In this document: one piece after another, positions 1 to 9,083 of the stretch | Layout of the letters: each line of letters starts with the position of its first letter | How positions within the stretch are numbered: position 1 is the first letter of the stretch | NCBI GenBank assembly: GCA_046583355.1 | Contig: JAYGCM010000086.1 | Span: 1 to 37,193, forward strand | DNA from: Deltaproteobacteria bacterium | GTDB taxonomy: Bacteria > Desulfobacterota > Binatia > UBA12015 | Length of the DNA stretch: 37,193 bases | Direction: 5' to 3' | The notes under the pieces: generated by a model | The model's input: only the letters and a program-made list of their open reading frames with translations | Databases searched by the model: none | Told to the model about the DNA's origin: nothing | Translations under genes and position numbers: made by a program

Positions 1-736
1 GGACCGTTGCCGGTGGCAGGTCGCTCAGGTCTTCGGCGCGGATCGGCGAGGCATAGGGGTTGGCGCCATCACCCGTGTCGCCGAGGTAATGGCCCCAGAA
101 CCAGCGCATCGATTGAGCCGAGAGGAAATAGCCTTCCTTATTGTCTTCGAACGATTGCGTCTCGCAACGCGCGTCGATCACCGGGTAGACCATCAGTTGA
201 TGGGCCAGCACGGGCCCGCCGCGGTCGCGTGCCATCAGCGCCACGGCGGCTGCCAGATTGCCGCCGGCGGAGTCGCCGCCGACGGCGAGACGTGCCGGGT
301 CTCCGCCCAATGCGGGGGCATTTTCCGCAGCCCAGCAAGTGGCGGCATAACAATCATCGAGTGGTGCCGGGAAGGGATGCTCGGGAGCCAGGCGGTAGTC
401 GACCGAGATGACGATACAATGGGCATGATTGCAGAGGCGCCGCGCCGTTCCATCGTGCGTGTCGAGGCCGCAGAGTACCCAGCCGCCCCCGTGGAAGAAG
501 ACCAGTACCGGTAGCGGGCCTTCGCCCTCGGGTGTGTAGATGCGCACCGGGATCTCGCCGGCCGGTCCGGGGATCGTGCGGTTCTCGACCTTCGCCACCG
601 GTTCGGGGTTGGCGCTGAGCGCGGCCGTGGCGGCCATGGCCTGACGCGCATCTTCGACGCTCAGGTCGCCTAGGTCAGGGGCACCGGGCGGGGCGAGCAC
701 GGCGAGAATTTGTCGGACATCTTCATCGAGAGGCAT
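1..736 (-). CDS. Alpha/beta hydrolase (HSL-family esterase/lipase), 3' end runs off the window
   Basis: Not in the ORF track because it has no stop in the window. Manual translation from ATG 736 gives [11 protein letters not shown]...[11 protein letters not shown]...[13 protein letters not shown]...[10 protein letters not shown], i.e. the HGGG and GDSAG motifs. Confidence 0.9.
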   Translation of the reverse strand, partial: MPLDEDVRQILAVLAPPGAPDLGDLSVEDARQAMAATAALSANPEPVAKVENRTIPGPAGEIPVRIYTPEGEGPLPVLVFFHGGGWVLCGLDTHDGTARRLCNHAHCIVISVDYRLAPEHPFPAPLDDCYAATCWAAENAPALGGDPARLAVGGDSAGGNLAAAVALMARDRGGPVLAHQLMVYPVIDARCETQSFEDNKEGYFLSAQSMRWFWGHYLGDTGDGANPYASPIRAEDLSDLPPATV

Positions 737-741
737 ATCTT

Positions 742-1215
742 TTACTCCGGCTCCGGATTGCCCTGTAGGCGGCTCCAGACAATATTTGCATTTTGCAGCG
801 TTGCTATGTCGCCGCCATTCTCGCTTGCATGCGCGCTCCAGTCGCGCAGGCCGTCCCCCAGATAGCCCTTGTAGAAAAGCAAGAGCTTTCCGTCGACGAT
901 CTTCCAGCTGCCAGGCGAGATATCTTCGTGGTCGGAATCGTCGAGAATTCCCCAGGCGCAAAAGCCACCGAATGCGGGCGTATAGAGGGAGGGTTCCCGA
1001 GCGAAGCGCTTGCGGTTCGCGTCGTTGTAGAAGCGGTAGGTCGCGCCTTGGTGCTCGAAGAGGATGGCCTTGCGGCCCATGCGAGGAACGCCATCGAAGA
1101 AGGAGACAGCATCGAAACCCTTGAGCGCAACCCCATCATCGAGGTTCTTCGTCGCCAGAGCAGCGCTGGGGAGAGCGAGAGCGATGGCGAGCAGGGCCAC
1201 GATGAGCGTGCGCAT
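742..1215 (-). CDS. Secreted YHS-domain protein
   Basis: Signal peptide, then [11 protein letters not shown]...[33 protein letters not shown]...[13 protein letters not shown], typical of the YHS-domain secreted family. Confidence 0.8.
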   Translation of the reverse strand: MRTLIVALLAIALALPSAALATKNLDDGVALKGFDAVSFFDGVPRMGRKAILFEHQGATYRFYNDANRKRFAREPSLYTPAFGGFCAWGILDDSDHEDISPGSWKIVDGKLLLFYKGYLGDGLRDWSAHASENGGDIATLQNANIVWSRLQGNPEPE

Positions 1216-1345
1216 TCCTCCTGCCTGCCGCGTATGCGTCTGAGATGCAAACTCGGGAAACTTTCAAGTGTGCGATATTGCACTCCTCGGCGGCTTGTTA
1301 CGACGCCTCAACCTATAAGCGAATAAGCGTTCGGAAAATAGAGAC

Positions 1346-1374
1346 TTGATTTCTCCTAATGGTGCAGCTATGGT
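1346..1374 (+). promoter_or_regulatory. Putative sigma70 promoter of the WS/DGAT gene
   Basis: TTGATT-N17-TATGGT in an AT-rich divergent intergenic region, about 40 bp before ATG 1414. Confidence 0.5.
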
Positions 1375-1413
1375 TTGCTTGCCTTCGGGGGCGACGATGG
1401 GAGCGACGAGACG

Positions 1414-2979
1414 ATGATGGAAAAAGTGGATGGTGTGGATTCTTTCTGGGAGCGGCTTTCGGCCCAGGATCATTCGTTTCTGGTCGCCGAGGACCGTGGC
1501 GCGGCGATGCACGTCGGCGCGGTACAGATCTTTGCGGCAGGTGCGCTGCGGACCGAGTCGGGCGGCATCGATATCGCCGCGATCCGTCGCACCATCGCCT
1601 CCAAGCTGCCCCTGATTCCCCGCTACCGGCAGAAGCTCATCTGGACGCCGGTCGAGAACTTGCCCGCATGGGTCGACGACGCAGCTTTCGATATCGAACG
1701 CCATGTCCGCCACATAAGCCTGCCGCGTCCGGGCACGATGGAGCAGCTCTGGGAGATGGCTGGCAGGCTCTTCGAGGAGACGCTCGATCGCAGCCGTCCG
1801 CTCTGGGAGATGTGGGTCATCGAGGGGCTTGAAGGAGGACGTTACGCGATGATCAATCGCGTACACCATTCGATGATGGACGGCAGCGCCGGCTCGGAGT
1901 TGGCGAACCTTCTCTACTCGCTGACGCCCGACCAGGAGGAATATGAGGTGCTTCCCTTCGCGCCGCGGCCGGCGCCGACCGGTTGGGAAATGCTCGCCGA
2001 GGCAGCAATGCGCCGCGCCGGGCTGCTCCGTACCGCCGTGGAAGCGACCGTGGGTGCCGTCACGGCACCGGATCTTCTCGGCCGCGCTAGTGCTGCGGCC
2101 GCTTCCCTGGCCGATATGTCGGCCTATTCGAGGAACCCGGTCTCCGCGACCCCGCTCAACGGGCACGTTGGGCCTGCACGCGCCTTCCGCGGCTTTGAGA
2201 TCGAGCTTGCCGATGTGAAGGCGATGAGCCGGGCTACCGGCACGACGGTGAATGATGTGGTGCTGGCCGTCGTCACCGGTGCCGTGCGCGAGCACCTGCA
2301 ACATCATGGCATTGAGCCGTCGGAGGTTACCTTCCGGTTTTCGACCCCGGTCAATCTCCGTAGCGCAGGCGAGAAGGGGGCTCTGGCGGGCAATCGTGTC
2401 GGCTCGTGGATCGTTCCGGCGCCGCTCGACCGAAAAAGGGGCCTTGACCGCCTTGAGGCGGTGCATACGAAGACCACCCAGTTGAAGAACTCCAGCGAGG
2501 CCGCCGTTGTCGATATGGTGATGAGCTTGGCCGAGTTCGCGCCCAACGTGCTGTTGCCGCTGGGCGTGAGTGCCTCGTCCGGCCCGATGAGTATGGTGGT
2601 CACCAACGTCCCCGGCCCGCAATTTCCGCTCTATATGCAGGGATCGAAGCTGGAATCGCTCTTCTGCCAGGGCCCGGTTTTGCAGGGCACGGGCATTTGC
2701 CTGGCACTCTTCAGCTACGACGGAAAGATCTGCCTGGGCTTCAACGCAGATCCTGTTCTTGTCACGGACCTCGATGTCTTCGTCGCGGCTGTCAAGGCGG
2801 CTTTCCTCGGCCTCGAGCGCGAGATCGAAGAGAGCGTTTTGCGTCCGCCGGTCGCGGCGACTGCCGCTCTACCCAACGCGCGCGAGGAGATCGCGCCGGC
2901 GCGCCGGCTGGCTTCGGCCCGCGGGCAAAGAACAGACGACGCGCCCTCCTACCGCGCGCCCCGCGCCGCCACCGCCTGA
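1414..2979 (+). CDS. Wax ester synthase/diacylglycerol acyltransferase (WS/DGAT)
   Basis: LSAQDHSFL, MHVGAV, LDRSRPLWE, catalytic HHSMMDG (HHxxxDG), TVNDVVLA, VTNVPGP. Start moved to ATG 1414 (1417 also possible). Confidence 0.93.
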   Translation: MMEKVDGVDSFWERLSAQDHSFLVAEDRGAAMHVGAVQIFAAGALRTESGGIDIAAIRRTIASKLPLIPRYRQKLIWTPVENLPAWVDDAAFDIERHVRHISLPRPGTMEQLWEMAGRLFEETLDRSRPLWEMWVIEGLEGGRYAMINRVHHSMMDGSAGSELANLLYSLTPDQEEYEVLPFAPRPAPTGWEMLAEAAMRRAGLLRTAVEATVGAVTAPDLLGRASAAAASLADMSAYSRNPVSATPLNGHVGPARAFRGFEIELADVKAMSRATGTTVNDVVLAVVTGAVREHLQHHGIEPSEVTFRFSTPVNLRSAGEKGALAGNRVGSWIVPAPLDRKRGLDRLEAVHTKTTQLKNSSEAAVVDMVMSLAEFAPNVLLPLGVSASSGPMSMVVTNVPGPQFPLYMQGSKLESLFCQGPVLQGTGICLALFSYDGKICLGFNADPVLVTDLDVFVAAVKAAFLGLEREIEESVLRPPVAATAALPNAREEIAPARRLASARGQRTDDAPSYRAPRAATA

Positions 2980-3014
2980 GCCCAGCCCTCGCTGCGGCTG
3001 ATCTCGCCGCACCG

Positions 3015-3036
3015 TAGGCCCGGCCGAAAATTCAGG
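3015..3036 (+). repeat. Dispersed repeat family B copy (partial)
   Basis: TAGGCCCGGCCGAAAATTCAGG, matching the consensus TAGAGGCCCGGCCGAAAAGYAGG. Confidence 0.6.
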
Positions 3037-3110
3037 CGGCATTCGAGCGCCGCTTGCGGCCGCGCCTGCAGGTCGAGTCCTCGCGTGGCCGGTCCGTCGA
3101 GACTGCGCCT

Positions 3111-3205
3111 ATAAGGGTTTTCCCTTATTTTGTGACATCCCCTTGCATAGGGGTATTTTCTTTATATATAGGGGTAAAGACCTATATGGGTAGGTATTCA
3201 TCTAG
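3111..3205. promoter_or_regulatory. AT-rich array of imperfect inverted repeats (candidate multi-site operator)
   Basis: ATAAGGG-TTTT-CCCTTAT (3111-3128, perfect arms), ATAGGGGTATTTTCTTTAT (3147-3165), ATAGG-GGTAAAGA-CCTAT (3168-3185). Confidence 0.6.
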
Positions 3206-3279
3206 GTTCTTGCACCACTGCCTGGAGAACGGAATCGAGCCCGAGCGCCCCCTCTGTCAGCCTCGGTCGAGAGGAGATC

Positions 3280-3669
3280 ATGGACGCAACACCAGAAGCC
3301 ACCGTAGACCCTTCGTTTGAGACATTGGAGCCGGATATCGCATTGCCCGGCCAGTTCGAGGATATCTGGTCGCGCAGCAAACGCAGTGCACCCGCGCCCC
3401 GTTTGGCGCTCGCGGTCCTGCAACTCGCCGTCGTTGATTACTGCAAATTCCGCAGTGCCCGCCGCGAGAACGAGCTTCGTCTCTATCGCAAGGCACACGC
3501 CTGGATCACCTCGAAAGACCGCGATTGGCCCTATTCCTTCCACAACCTATGTGAAGCCATCGTCGTATCCCCCGACAGCCTCCGCGGCACCCTCCTCGAT
3601 GCCAACGCCGAAGACCGAGCCCGTACCCTCCGCACAATAGGCAAACTCTTCGACGCCGGCCGCAGCTAA
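3280..3669 (+). CDS. Conserved hypothetical protein (EPD..LP.Q / RL.LAVL / W..S.D..WPYSF.N.C type)
   Basis: Strong RBS (AGGAG) before the ATG and typical codon usage. The motif pattern resembles a small uncharacterised family I recall from Binatia/Nitrospira-like genomes (not verified). Confidence 0.75.
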   Translation: MDATPEATVDPSFETLEPDIALPGQFEDIWSRSKRSAPAPRLALAVLQLAVVDYCKFRSARRENELRLYRKAHAWITSKDRDWPYSFHNLCEAIVVSPDSLRGTLLDANAEDRARTLRTIGKLFDAGRS

Positions 3670-3670
3670 T

Positions 3671-3710
3671 CCGTCCCCTTCAGGGGACGTGTACCGAAAT
3701 CTGTTCCCTT
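3671..3710 (+). repeat. Dispersed 40-bp REP-like element, family A copy 1
   Basis: CCGTCCCCTTCAGGGGACGTGTACCGAAATCTGTTCCCTT with hairpin GTCCCCT-TC-AGGGGAC. Near-identical copies at 26600 and 27835. Confidence 0.85.
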
Positions 3711-3830
3711 TCGGGCAGGGGGGAGGTGGTTGGGAGCGGCTCTGCTTTACAGGGCCGGGGCTCTTCGACATGAATCAGGCATGGCGGCATCCGATTTTCT
3801 GATGAGAGAGGCAGCGGGGCCGGGTCTCCG

Positions 3831-5006
3831 ATGATGCTGCGATCGCTCGTCTGCGCGCTCTTGTTGGTCGCGGCCGATGCCGCAGCAGCCGACTTTCAGA
3901 ATCTCGCCGAGAATCTGGTGGGGGTGGACCAGGGTGTGTTCGTCCAGGCCGAAGACGGCCGAGTGTTGGCGGCGGTGCAGGCACGGCGGCCCTTTCATCC
4001 GGCTTCGCTCAGTAAAATTCCGACGACCTTGGCATTGCTCGAGGCGCTTGGCCCCGAATATCGTTTCGCGACCAAGGTCTTGCATACCGGTGGGCGTGAT
4101 GGTGCGGCCGTGGACGGTGATCTGTTGATCCGCGGCGGCGGCGACCCGTATTTGATCTCGGAGAGCGGATTGCTGATTGCCGCGGCGCTCAAGTCCCGGG
4201 GTATCGCAAAAATCCGTGGTCGGGTGCGCGTCGAGGGGCCGCTTTTCTTCAACTGGCACGAGCAAGGTGCGGCGGCCTTGGTTGCGACGATTACGGGTTC
4301 GGCGGGCGAGGAGGCATTTGCCGCCGCGCGGGCTCTGGATCCGGAGCTGGTCGGCACCGAGCGGGCCGAGTTGGCGATTGCGGTTGCGGGGGCGGATCTC
4401 CCGAAAAGTTCGGCACAGAGTCTTTTCGCCTGGCGATCGCCACCGCTGCGGCGGATTCTCAAAGAGCTGAATACCTACTCAAACAATATATTCGAGCCCA
4501 CAGTGAGGGTGGTCGGCGGCAAGGCGATGGTGCAGCAGGCGGCGCAGCGGGCCGCGCCCGATTTGCATGCGGAGGAAATCCGCATCGACAATGCGGCCGG
4601 CCTCGGTCGCACCAACCGCCTGAGCCCACGCGCCGTGGTGGCGCTGCTCGCGGCCCTGGAGGCGCGTCTGGCCGCATCCGGGCTCCTGCTTCGCGATGTT
4701 CTGCCCGTTGCGGGTGTCGATCCAGGTACGCTTGCGGAGCGATTTGTTGCGCCCGAGTTACGTGGTGTCCTGGTCGCCAAGACCGGCACGATTCCCTCGC
4801 AGCGGGTTTCGGCGCTTGCCGGAGTCGTCAATACGGAGCGCTACGGACGCGTCCGTTTTGCGATTCTCAACCATACGATCCCGGTGCAGGAGGCGCGGCG
4901 GCGTCAGGATGCCTTGGTGGCCGAACTCGTGCGCGAGGCAGGCGGAGTGCCGCTGCCTTACGTGGTTGCGAGCAAGTCCGCCATCAGCGCCTTCCGGCTC
5001 GAATGA
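3831..5006 (+). CDS. dacB: D-alanyl-D-alanine carboxypeptidase/endopeptidase (PBP4, peptidase S13)
   Basis: Signal peptide; PASLSK (SxxK), GGGDP, YSNN (SxN), GLGRTNRLSP, AKTGT (KTG). Confidence 0.88.
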   Translation: MMLRSLVCALLLVAADAAAADFQNLAENLVGVDQGVFVQAEDGRVLAAVQARRPFHPASLSKIPTTLALLEALGPEYRFATKVLHTGGRDGAAVDGDLLIRGGGDPYLISESGLLIAAALKSRGIAKIRGRVRVEGPLFFNWHEQGAAALVATITGSAGEEAFAAARALDPELVGTERAELAIAVAGADLPKSSAQSLFAWRSPPLRRILKELNTYSNNIFEPTVRVVGGKAMVQQAAQRAAPDLHAEEIRIDNAAGLGRTNRLSPRAVVALLAALEARLAASGLLLRDVLPVAGVDPGTLAERFVAPELRGVLVAKTGTIPSQRVSALAGVVNTERYGRVRFAILNHTIPVQEARRRQDALVAELVREAGGVPLPYVVASKSAISAFRLE

Positions 5007-5066
5007 ACCGGCCGGCGCGGGCAACAATCCTTGCCCTCGGGCCCGGTTCCTCACCCTGCGCGGTCT

Positions 5067-7304
5067 TCAGCGGCAGCGCAGCGTCGTATTGGCGGTATTG
5101 AGCGAGCAGTCGGAAGCCTGGAAGACGTAGTCGCCGCAGCCATCACTCATCGCGGCATTCGTGCCTCCGAGTGCGATGGTGGCCCGGTAGGGGCCGCGCA
5201 GATCCTCGGCTTCCACATATTTCGCCTTGACGACGAATTTGATCGTGCCATTTCGGCCGCGTTTGTCGATCAGCTTGAGTATGAGCCTGCCCGGCGCAGA
5301 CGAGGTGCAGGTAGGCGGATCGTAGGCCGCGCTGCGGTTGCGATAGGTGAAGGTCGTGCCCGTCCGCTTGGCCTTCCAGCCGTCTTTGGGATGGCAGCCC
5401 GTGCCGAATTCGCCCGCGGGGACAATGGAGGTAGCGGTGCTGAGGTCGATCAGGCGCCGGCCGGTGCTTTCGTCTTCGATGATCACTTGCACGCCATCGC
5501 CGATCGGGTCGAAACTCGCCGGGCTACCATCGGGAAAGACGATCTCGCCGGTGAAGAAAATGGATTGCTGGCCGAGTGCATTGCCGAGTCGGGCGATGCT
5601 CAGCCGAACCTTTTGCGCTGTTCCGGAGCCCTCGCAGATACCACCTTCGCCGGGGCTGCAGGCAAAGTCGCAGGAGTCGCAGACGTCATCGCAGCAATCT
5701 TCATTCGTGTCGCAGGTCTCGTCGCAATAGCATCCGCCGGGGGCCTGGTCGCCGCAGGCAGAGGCCGCAAGGCAGCCACAATCGGCGCCGCAGCTTGACG
5801 CGGTCTCGCCGGGATCGCAGACACCGTCGCCGCAAGTTGACGGGCAGGTGCACGCCGAGCCGCTGCTGAGACACTCGCCCGGACAGGCGGTGGCGTCCGT
5901 GCCGTCACATTCTTCGCCGCTCTCCAATACATCGTTGCCGCAAACAGGTGCCGGGCAGGAGCAATTGCTTGCGCAGATGCCGGTCGGGCAAGCCGAGGCG
6001 CTCGCGCCGTCGCAAATCTCGCCGCTCTCTATGAGGCCGTTGCCGCAAACGGGAGCCGGGCAGGAGCAATCGGGCAGGCAGAGACCGGGGCAGGTGGCAT
6101 CGCTCGTGCCGTCGCAATCTTCCCCGAACTCGGCCAGGTTGTTGCCGCAGACGGCTGGGTCGCCACCGAATTCGGTAGCCGTGACTTGGTATTCGCCATT
6201 GCCCGCGGTGCGCTTGACCAGAATATGCCAATCGCCGGAGGCCGGGCTCGCGAAGCTACAACCGCCATGTGGGCCGGAGCCGTCGCGCGCGCAATCATTG
6301 TCAGAGGTGGTTGGTGCCGAACCGTGCTTGACGTAGAGGTCGGCGCCGAGGCTGCCGTTGTCCTCGCTGTTGAAGCTGATGCGCAGGAGTTGCCGGCCGG
6401 AGCCGAGCGAAACGATATATGCCTTCTCGGCGTTGGTCCCGGCGCCGAGGTTGCCATCGAATCCGGTGACGATCACATCGCTCGCACCGACCGGCGGGAT
6501 GCCGCCGCATACGAGGGTGGAGTCGGCGCCGAGATGGGTATTGATGAAAGCCTGGTAGTTGTAGACGTTGGCATCGAAGCTGGCGTCGCTGGCCAGGCAG
6601 CTGCCGTTGTTGCCGCCCGAGGTGATGCCGGCCACCGTCAAGCCAGCGCCCAGGTCGAGGAAGAGCGGGCCGCCGGAGTCGCCGTTGCAGGTATTGGAGT
6701 CCTCGCTGGCTGGGCCGACCGGATTGGTGAAGTCCCAGCAGACCAATGTGGTGTTGTCGCTGGCGGGCGAGCAATTGGCCGTCTCGATCGCGCCCCAGCG
6801 CTTGATGCCGTAGTCGCTAGCAGTGCCGCCACTGCGCCCGAAGCCGGCGATCTGTCCGGTGGTGCCGATATGAAGCGAGGGGTTGGTCGTGTTGAGCGTA
6901 ATCGGTGCGATGCCCGTGACCGTCTCACCCAAGGTGAGGACCGCCACGTCGGCCTGCGGGAAGCTGAAGTCGGGGTGGCTGGCGATGGCCGTCACGCTGA
7001 AGGTGCCGGCATGTTGCAGGAAGACGAAATACCCGCCCGGGTCGCTGTTGTCCTCGACGCAATGCGCGGCGGTGAGAAAGGTATTGCAGCCGATCAGCGT
7101 GCCGCTGCACCAACTGGTCGCGTTATCGGCAGTACTGCCTACGAGCAGGGCTCCGGTGGCGGGGAAGGCGTGCGTATTGAGGCCGTTGACGATCCGGGCG
7201 CTGACTTCGGTGGCGCGCGCGTCTGGCGCGCTCAGCGCAAGAAGGAAAATCGCGGCAGCGAAAATACGAAAGGAGTTTGTTGAGGAACCAGGGAGCATCG
7301 ACAC
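5067..7304 (-). CDS. Secreted trypsin-like (S1) serine protease with PPC domain, Cys-rich repeats, somatomedin-B-like module and basic C-terminal domain
   Basis: Signal peptide, R-IVNG activation site, LTAAHC, DVAVL, GDSGGP; ADLYVKHGSAPT (PPC-like); three CGN...GE.CDG repeats; CYCDETCDTNEDCCDD. Start GTG 7304 or ATG 7298. Confidence 0.88.
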   Translation of the reverse strand: MSMLPGSSTNSFRIFAAAIFLLALSAPDARATEVSARIVNGLNTHAFPATGALLVGSTADNATSWCSGTLIGCNTFLTAAHCVEDNSDPGGYFVFLQHAGTFSVTAIASHPDFSFPQADVAVLTLGETVTGIAPITLNTTNPSLHIGTTGQIAGFGRSGGTASDYGIKRWGAIETANCSPASDNTTLVCWDFTNPVGPASEDSNTCNGDSGGPLFLDLGAGLTVAGITSGGNNGSCLASDASFDANVYNYQAFINTHLGADSTLVCGGIPPVGASDVIVTGFDGNLGAGTNAEKAYIVSLGSGRQLLRISFNSEDNGSLGADLYVKHGSAPTTSDNDCARDGSGPHGGCSFASPASGDWHILVKRTAGNGEYQVTATEFGGDPAVCGNNLAEFGEDCDGTSDATCPGLCLPDCSCPAPVCGNGLIESGEICDGASASACPTGICASNCSCPAPVCGNDVLESGEECDGTDATACPGECLSSGSACTCPSTCGDGVCDPGETASSCGADCGCLAASACGDQAPGGCYCDETCDTNEDCCDDVCDSCDFACSPGEGGICEGSGTAQKVRLSIARLGNALGQQSIFFTGEIVFPDGSPASFDPIGDGVQVIIEDESTGRRLIDLSTATSIVPAGEFGTGCHPKDGWKAKRTGTTFTYRNRSAAYDPPTCTSSAPGRLILKLIDKRGRNGTIKFVVKAKYVEAEDLRGPYRATIALGGTNAAMSDGCGDYVFQASDCSLNTANTTLRCR

Positions 7305-7442
7305 ACCTTCTCCGGAAATCGCCTGGCGGGCGGTCCGAGTGATCTCCTATATCGCGAACTCGACGGGGTGGGCAACCTGGGGACTTCAGCCGGGCGCTAC
7401 TTTTTCAGGGGCACGGGCCTCGGAGGCGTCCTGCTGTGGCGA

Positions 7443-8231
7443 TCAAGGCAAGCGGTCGAAGCCGTTCCGTCCAGGCGGATTTTCTTGCGTGGCGCGCAGA
7501 GCGGCTTCGACGTCGGCGACCAGGGAAGGGTCGATCTCCTCCAATGCCGCACTGATATCCGGCGGCAGGCCGCTGCCCTCGGGTGCATCGATTGCGGCTT
7601 CCAGCGCAAGCTCGATGGCGAGTGCCTGGTCGAGATCCGCTTGTGCGTAATCATCGAGCGCGGCGATTCCGGCGTCTTGATCGGGGGCCTCGGGCACGTT
7701 GGGTGCTGTGCGCACCGGCGGCGCGACCGGGCCGGCGAGCGGCGAGACTCCCTTACGCAGAACTCGCGGGGCGTCGGGGTCGTTGGGGCGCAGCAGGATT
7801 ATTTTTTCGATGGTCCCGACGGCCATTTTTTCCTTGGCGCCGCCGCGGTAGACGATCAGGTGGTTGGTTCGGGCGAGTAGCTGGCGCAATGTTGTCTCCA
7901 GCGGCAAGTCTTCGACCTCGAAGAACTCCAACTCTTCGCCGCCGCCGGTGGGGTCGTGGACTTCGAAGCCGGCCTGCTCGCCGATGGCGCGCAGGATCCG
8001 GACCACGGGAAGATCCTCGGCATCCACCGTAAAGCCGGCCTCGCTTCGGGTGACCTCGAGGAATGCGGCCTCGGCTGGAGCGCCCGTGCACGCAGCCATC
8101 GTCAGCAGCCCGCCGGTGAGGAGCCGAGCCCGGAACCTATGCGGCAAGCCGTAGGAACCCGCCGACTGCATAGCCCGCGCGAGGGCCTTGCGTGTCCGTC
8201 GTATCAGGCGCCTGGTGTTCTGCCGCATCAT
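7443..8231 (-). CDS. Hypothetical exported protein with a secretin/STN N-domain-like segment
   Basis: FTVDAEDLPVVRILRAIGEQAGFEV...EDLPLETTLRQLL..TNHLIVY resembles secretin N0/STN domains, followed by a Pro/acidic tail. Start uncertain and may be downstream. Confidence 0.55.
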   Translation of the reverse strand: MMRQNTRRLIRRTRKALARAMQSAGSYGLPHRFRARLLTGGLLTMAACTGAPAEAAFLEVTRSEAGFTVDAEDLPVVRILRAIGEQAGFEVHDPTGGGEELEFFEVEDLPLETTLRQLLARTNHLIVYRGGAKEKMAVGTIEKIILLRPNDPDAPRVLRKGVSPLAGPVAPPVRTAPNVPEAPDQDAGIAALDDYAQADLDQALAIELALEAAIDAPEGSGLPPDISAALEEIDPSLVADVEAALRATQENPPGRNGFDRLP

Positions 8232-8362
8232 TGGTTCTGTTGCCCGCGCCCGCTTGCCGAAACAAGATTACGCTCGAGGGCGCAACTCCCTTGCGCCCTA
8301 TGTACCAGCACCGGAGGGCCGATGGGAAATGCTACTTGTGCTCGATGCCCTCTGCGCCAAGT

Positions 8363-8398
8363 CCTGCTTTTCGGACCTGCTTTTCGGCCGGGTCTCTA
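8363..8398 (-). repeat. Dispersed repeat family B copy with tandem-duplicated core, overlapping the DsbA-family stop codon
   Basis: Minus strand reads TAG AGACCCGGCCGAAAAGCAGG T CCGAAAAGCAGG. Confidence 0.75.
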
Positions 8399-9001
8399 AA
8401 GGTGGCGTTCGACCCAGTGCTGGTACATCGTGTAGGGCAGCGCGCCGGTAACGAAGGCCGGGTTATCGCGCAGCCGGGCGGCCGGCACGCCGGTGAGACC
8501 GAGCGCGATGGCTTCGGCATGCTCGCCCTGGACGGTTTGCACGCGGGCCGGGTCGTCGAGGTCGGGGAAGGCGGCAGCGGGCAAAGCGAGCTCGGCCCAG
8601 AGTTCTCGCAAGCCAGCGGCCGCGCTGATGTCGCGGTTCTCGGCGAAATAGGCGGCCAGCAGGCGGTCGTGCATCCGACGCCCGGCGGCCGGCCCCAGGG
8701 CCGTGGCCGCCTTGGCGACAATATGGGCCGGCAGGCTATGCGTCGGCGGCGGCGTATTGCCTTTCCAGGTGCGGAAAGTTCCGGCATCGTCTTCGGCGGC
8801 CGGGACGCGCCAGCCCTCGGTATAGGCGCGAAAGCGCTCGAGGTCGCGGCCTGTTTTGTGAACCGGCCGTAGCAGGTAGGCCCGCCATTCGATTTCGATC
8901 CGGCCGCCGAACTCGGCCTCAAGCCGCCGCATCCGCACCGTGACATTGTAGCACCAGGGACAGAGAAAATCGGAATAAACCACAATGCCCAGCATGCCCA
9001 C
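8396..9001 (-). CDS. DsbA-family (FrnE-like) thioredoxin-fold oxidoreductase
   Basis: YSDFLCPWCY, IEWRAYLLRP, AYFAENRDIS, GLTGVP (cis-Pro). Start GTG 9001 or ATG 8995. Confidence 0.88.
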   Translation of the reverse strand: MGMLGIVVYSDFLCPWCYNVTVRMRRLEAEFGGRIEIEWRAYLLRPVHKTGRDLERFRAYTEGWRVPAAEDDAGTFRTWKGNTPPPTHSLPAHIVAKAATALGPAAGRRMHDRLLAAYFAENRDISAAAGLRELWAELALPAAAFPDLDDPARVQTVQGEHAEAIALGLTGVPAARLRDNPAFVTGALPYTMYQHWVERHL

Positions 9002-9083
9002 GGCTTCTTTCTAGAATGCTGGCGGGAAAGTGCAATCCGCGAGCCGTTGCACTTCCCGGCCGGACCTCTAGCCTCTCCCATCG

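Noticed and set aside
742..1215. Selenoprotein form of the YHS protein
   Set aside because: The GGFCAWG motif has Cys, there is no in-frame TGA, and the ORF ends in TAA.
9031..9046. Sigma54 promoter (CGGCTCGCGGATTGCA, minus strand) for the DsbA-family gene
   Set aside because: GG/GC spacing is correct but the -24 match is weak, and an overlapping sigma70-like reading is equally plausible. Too ambiguous to call.
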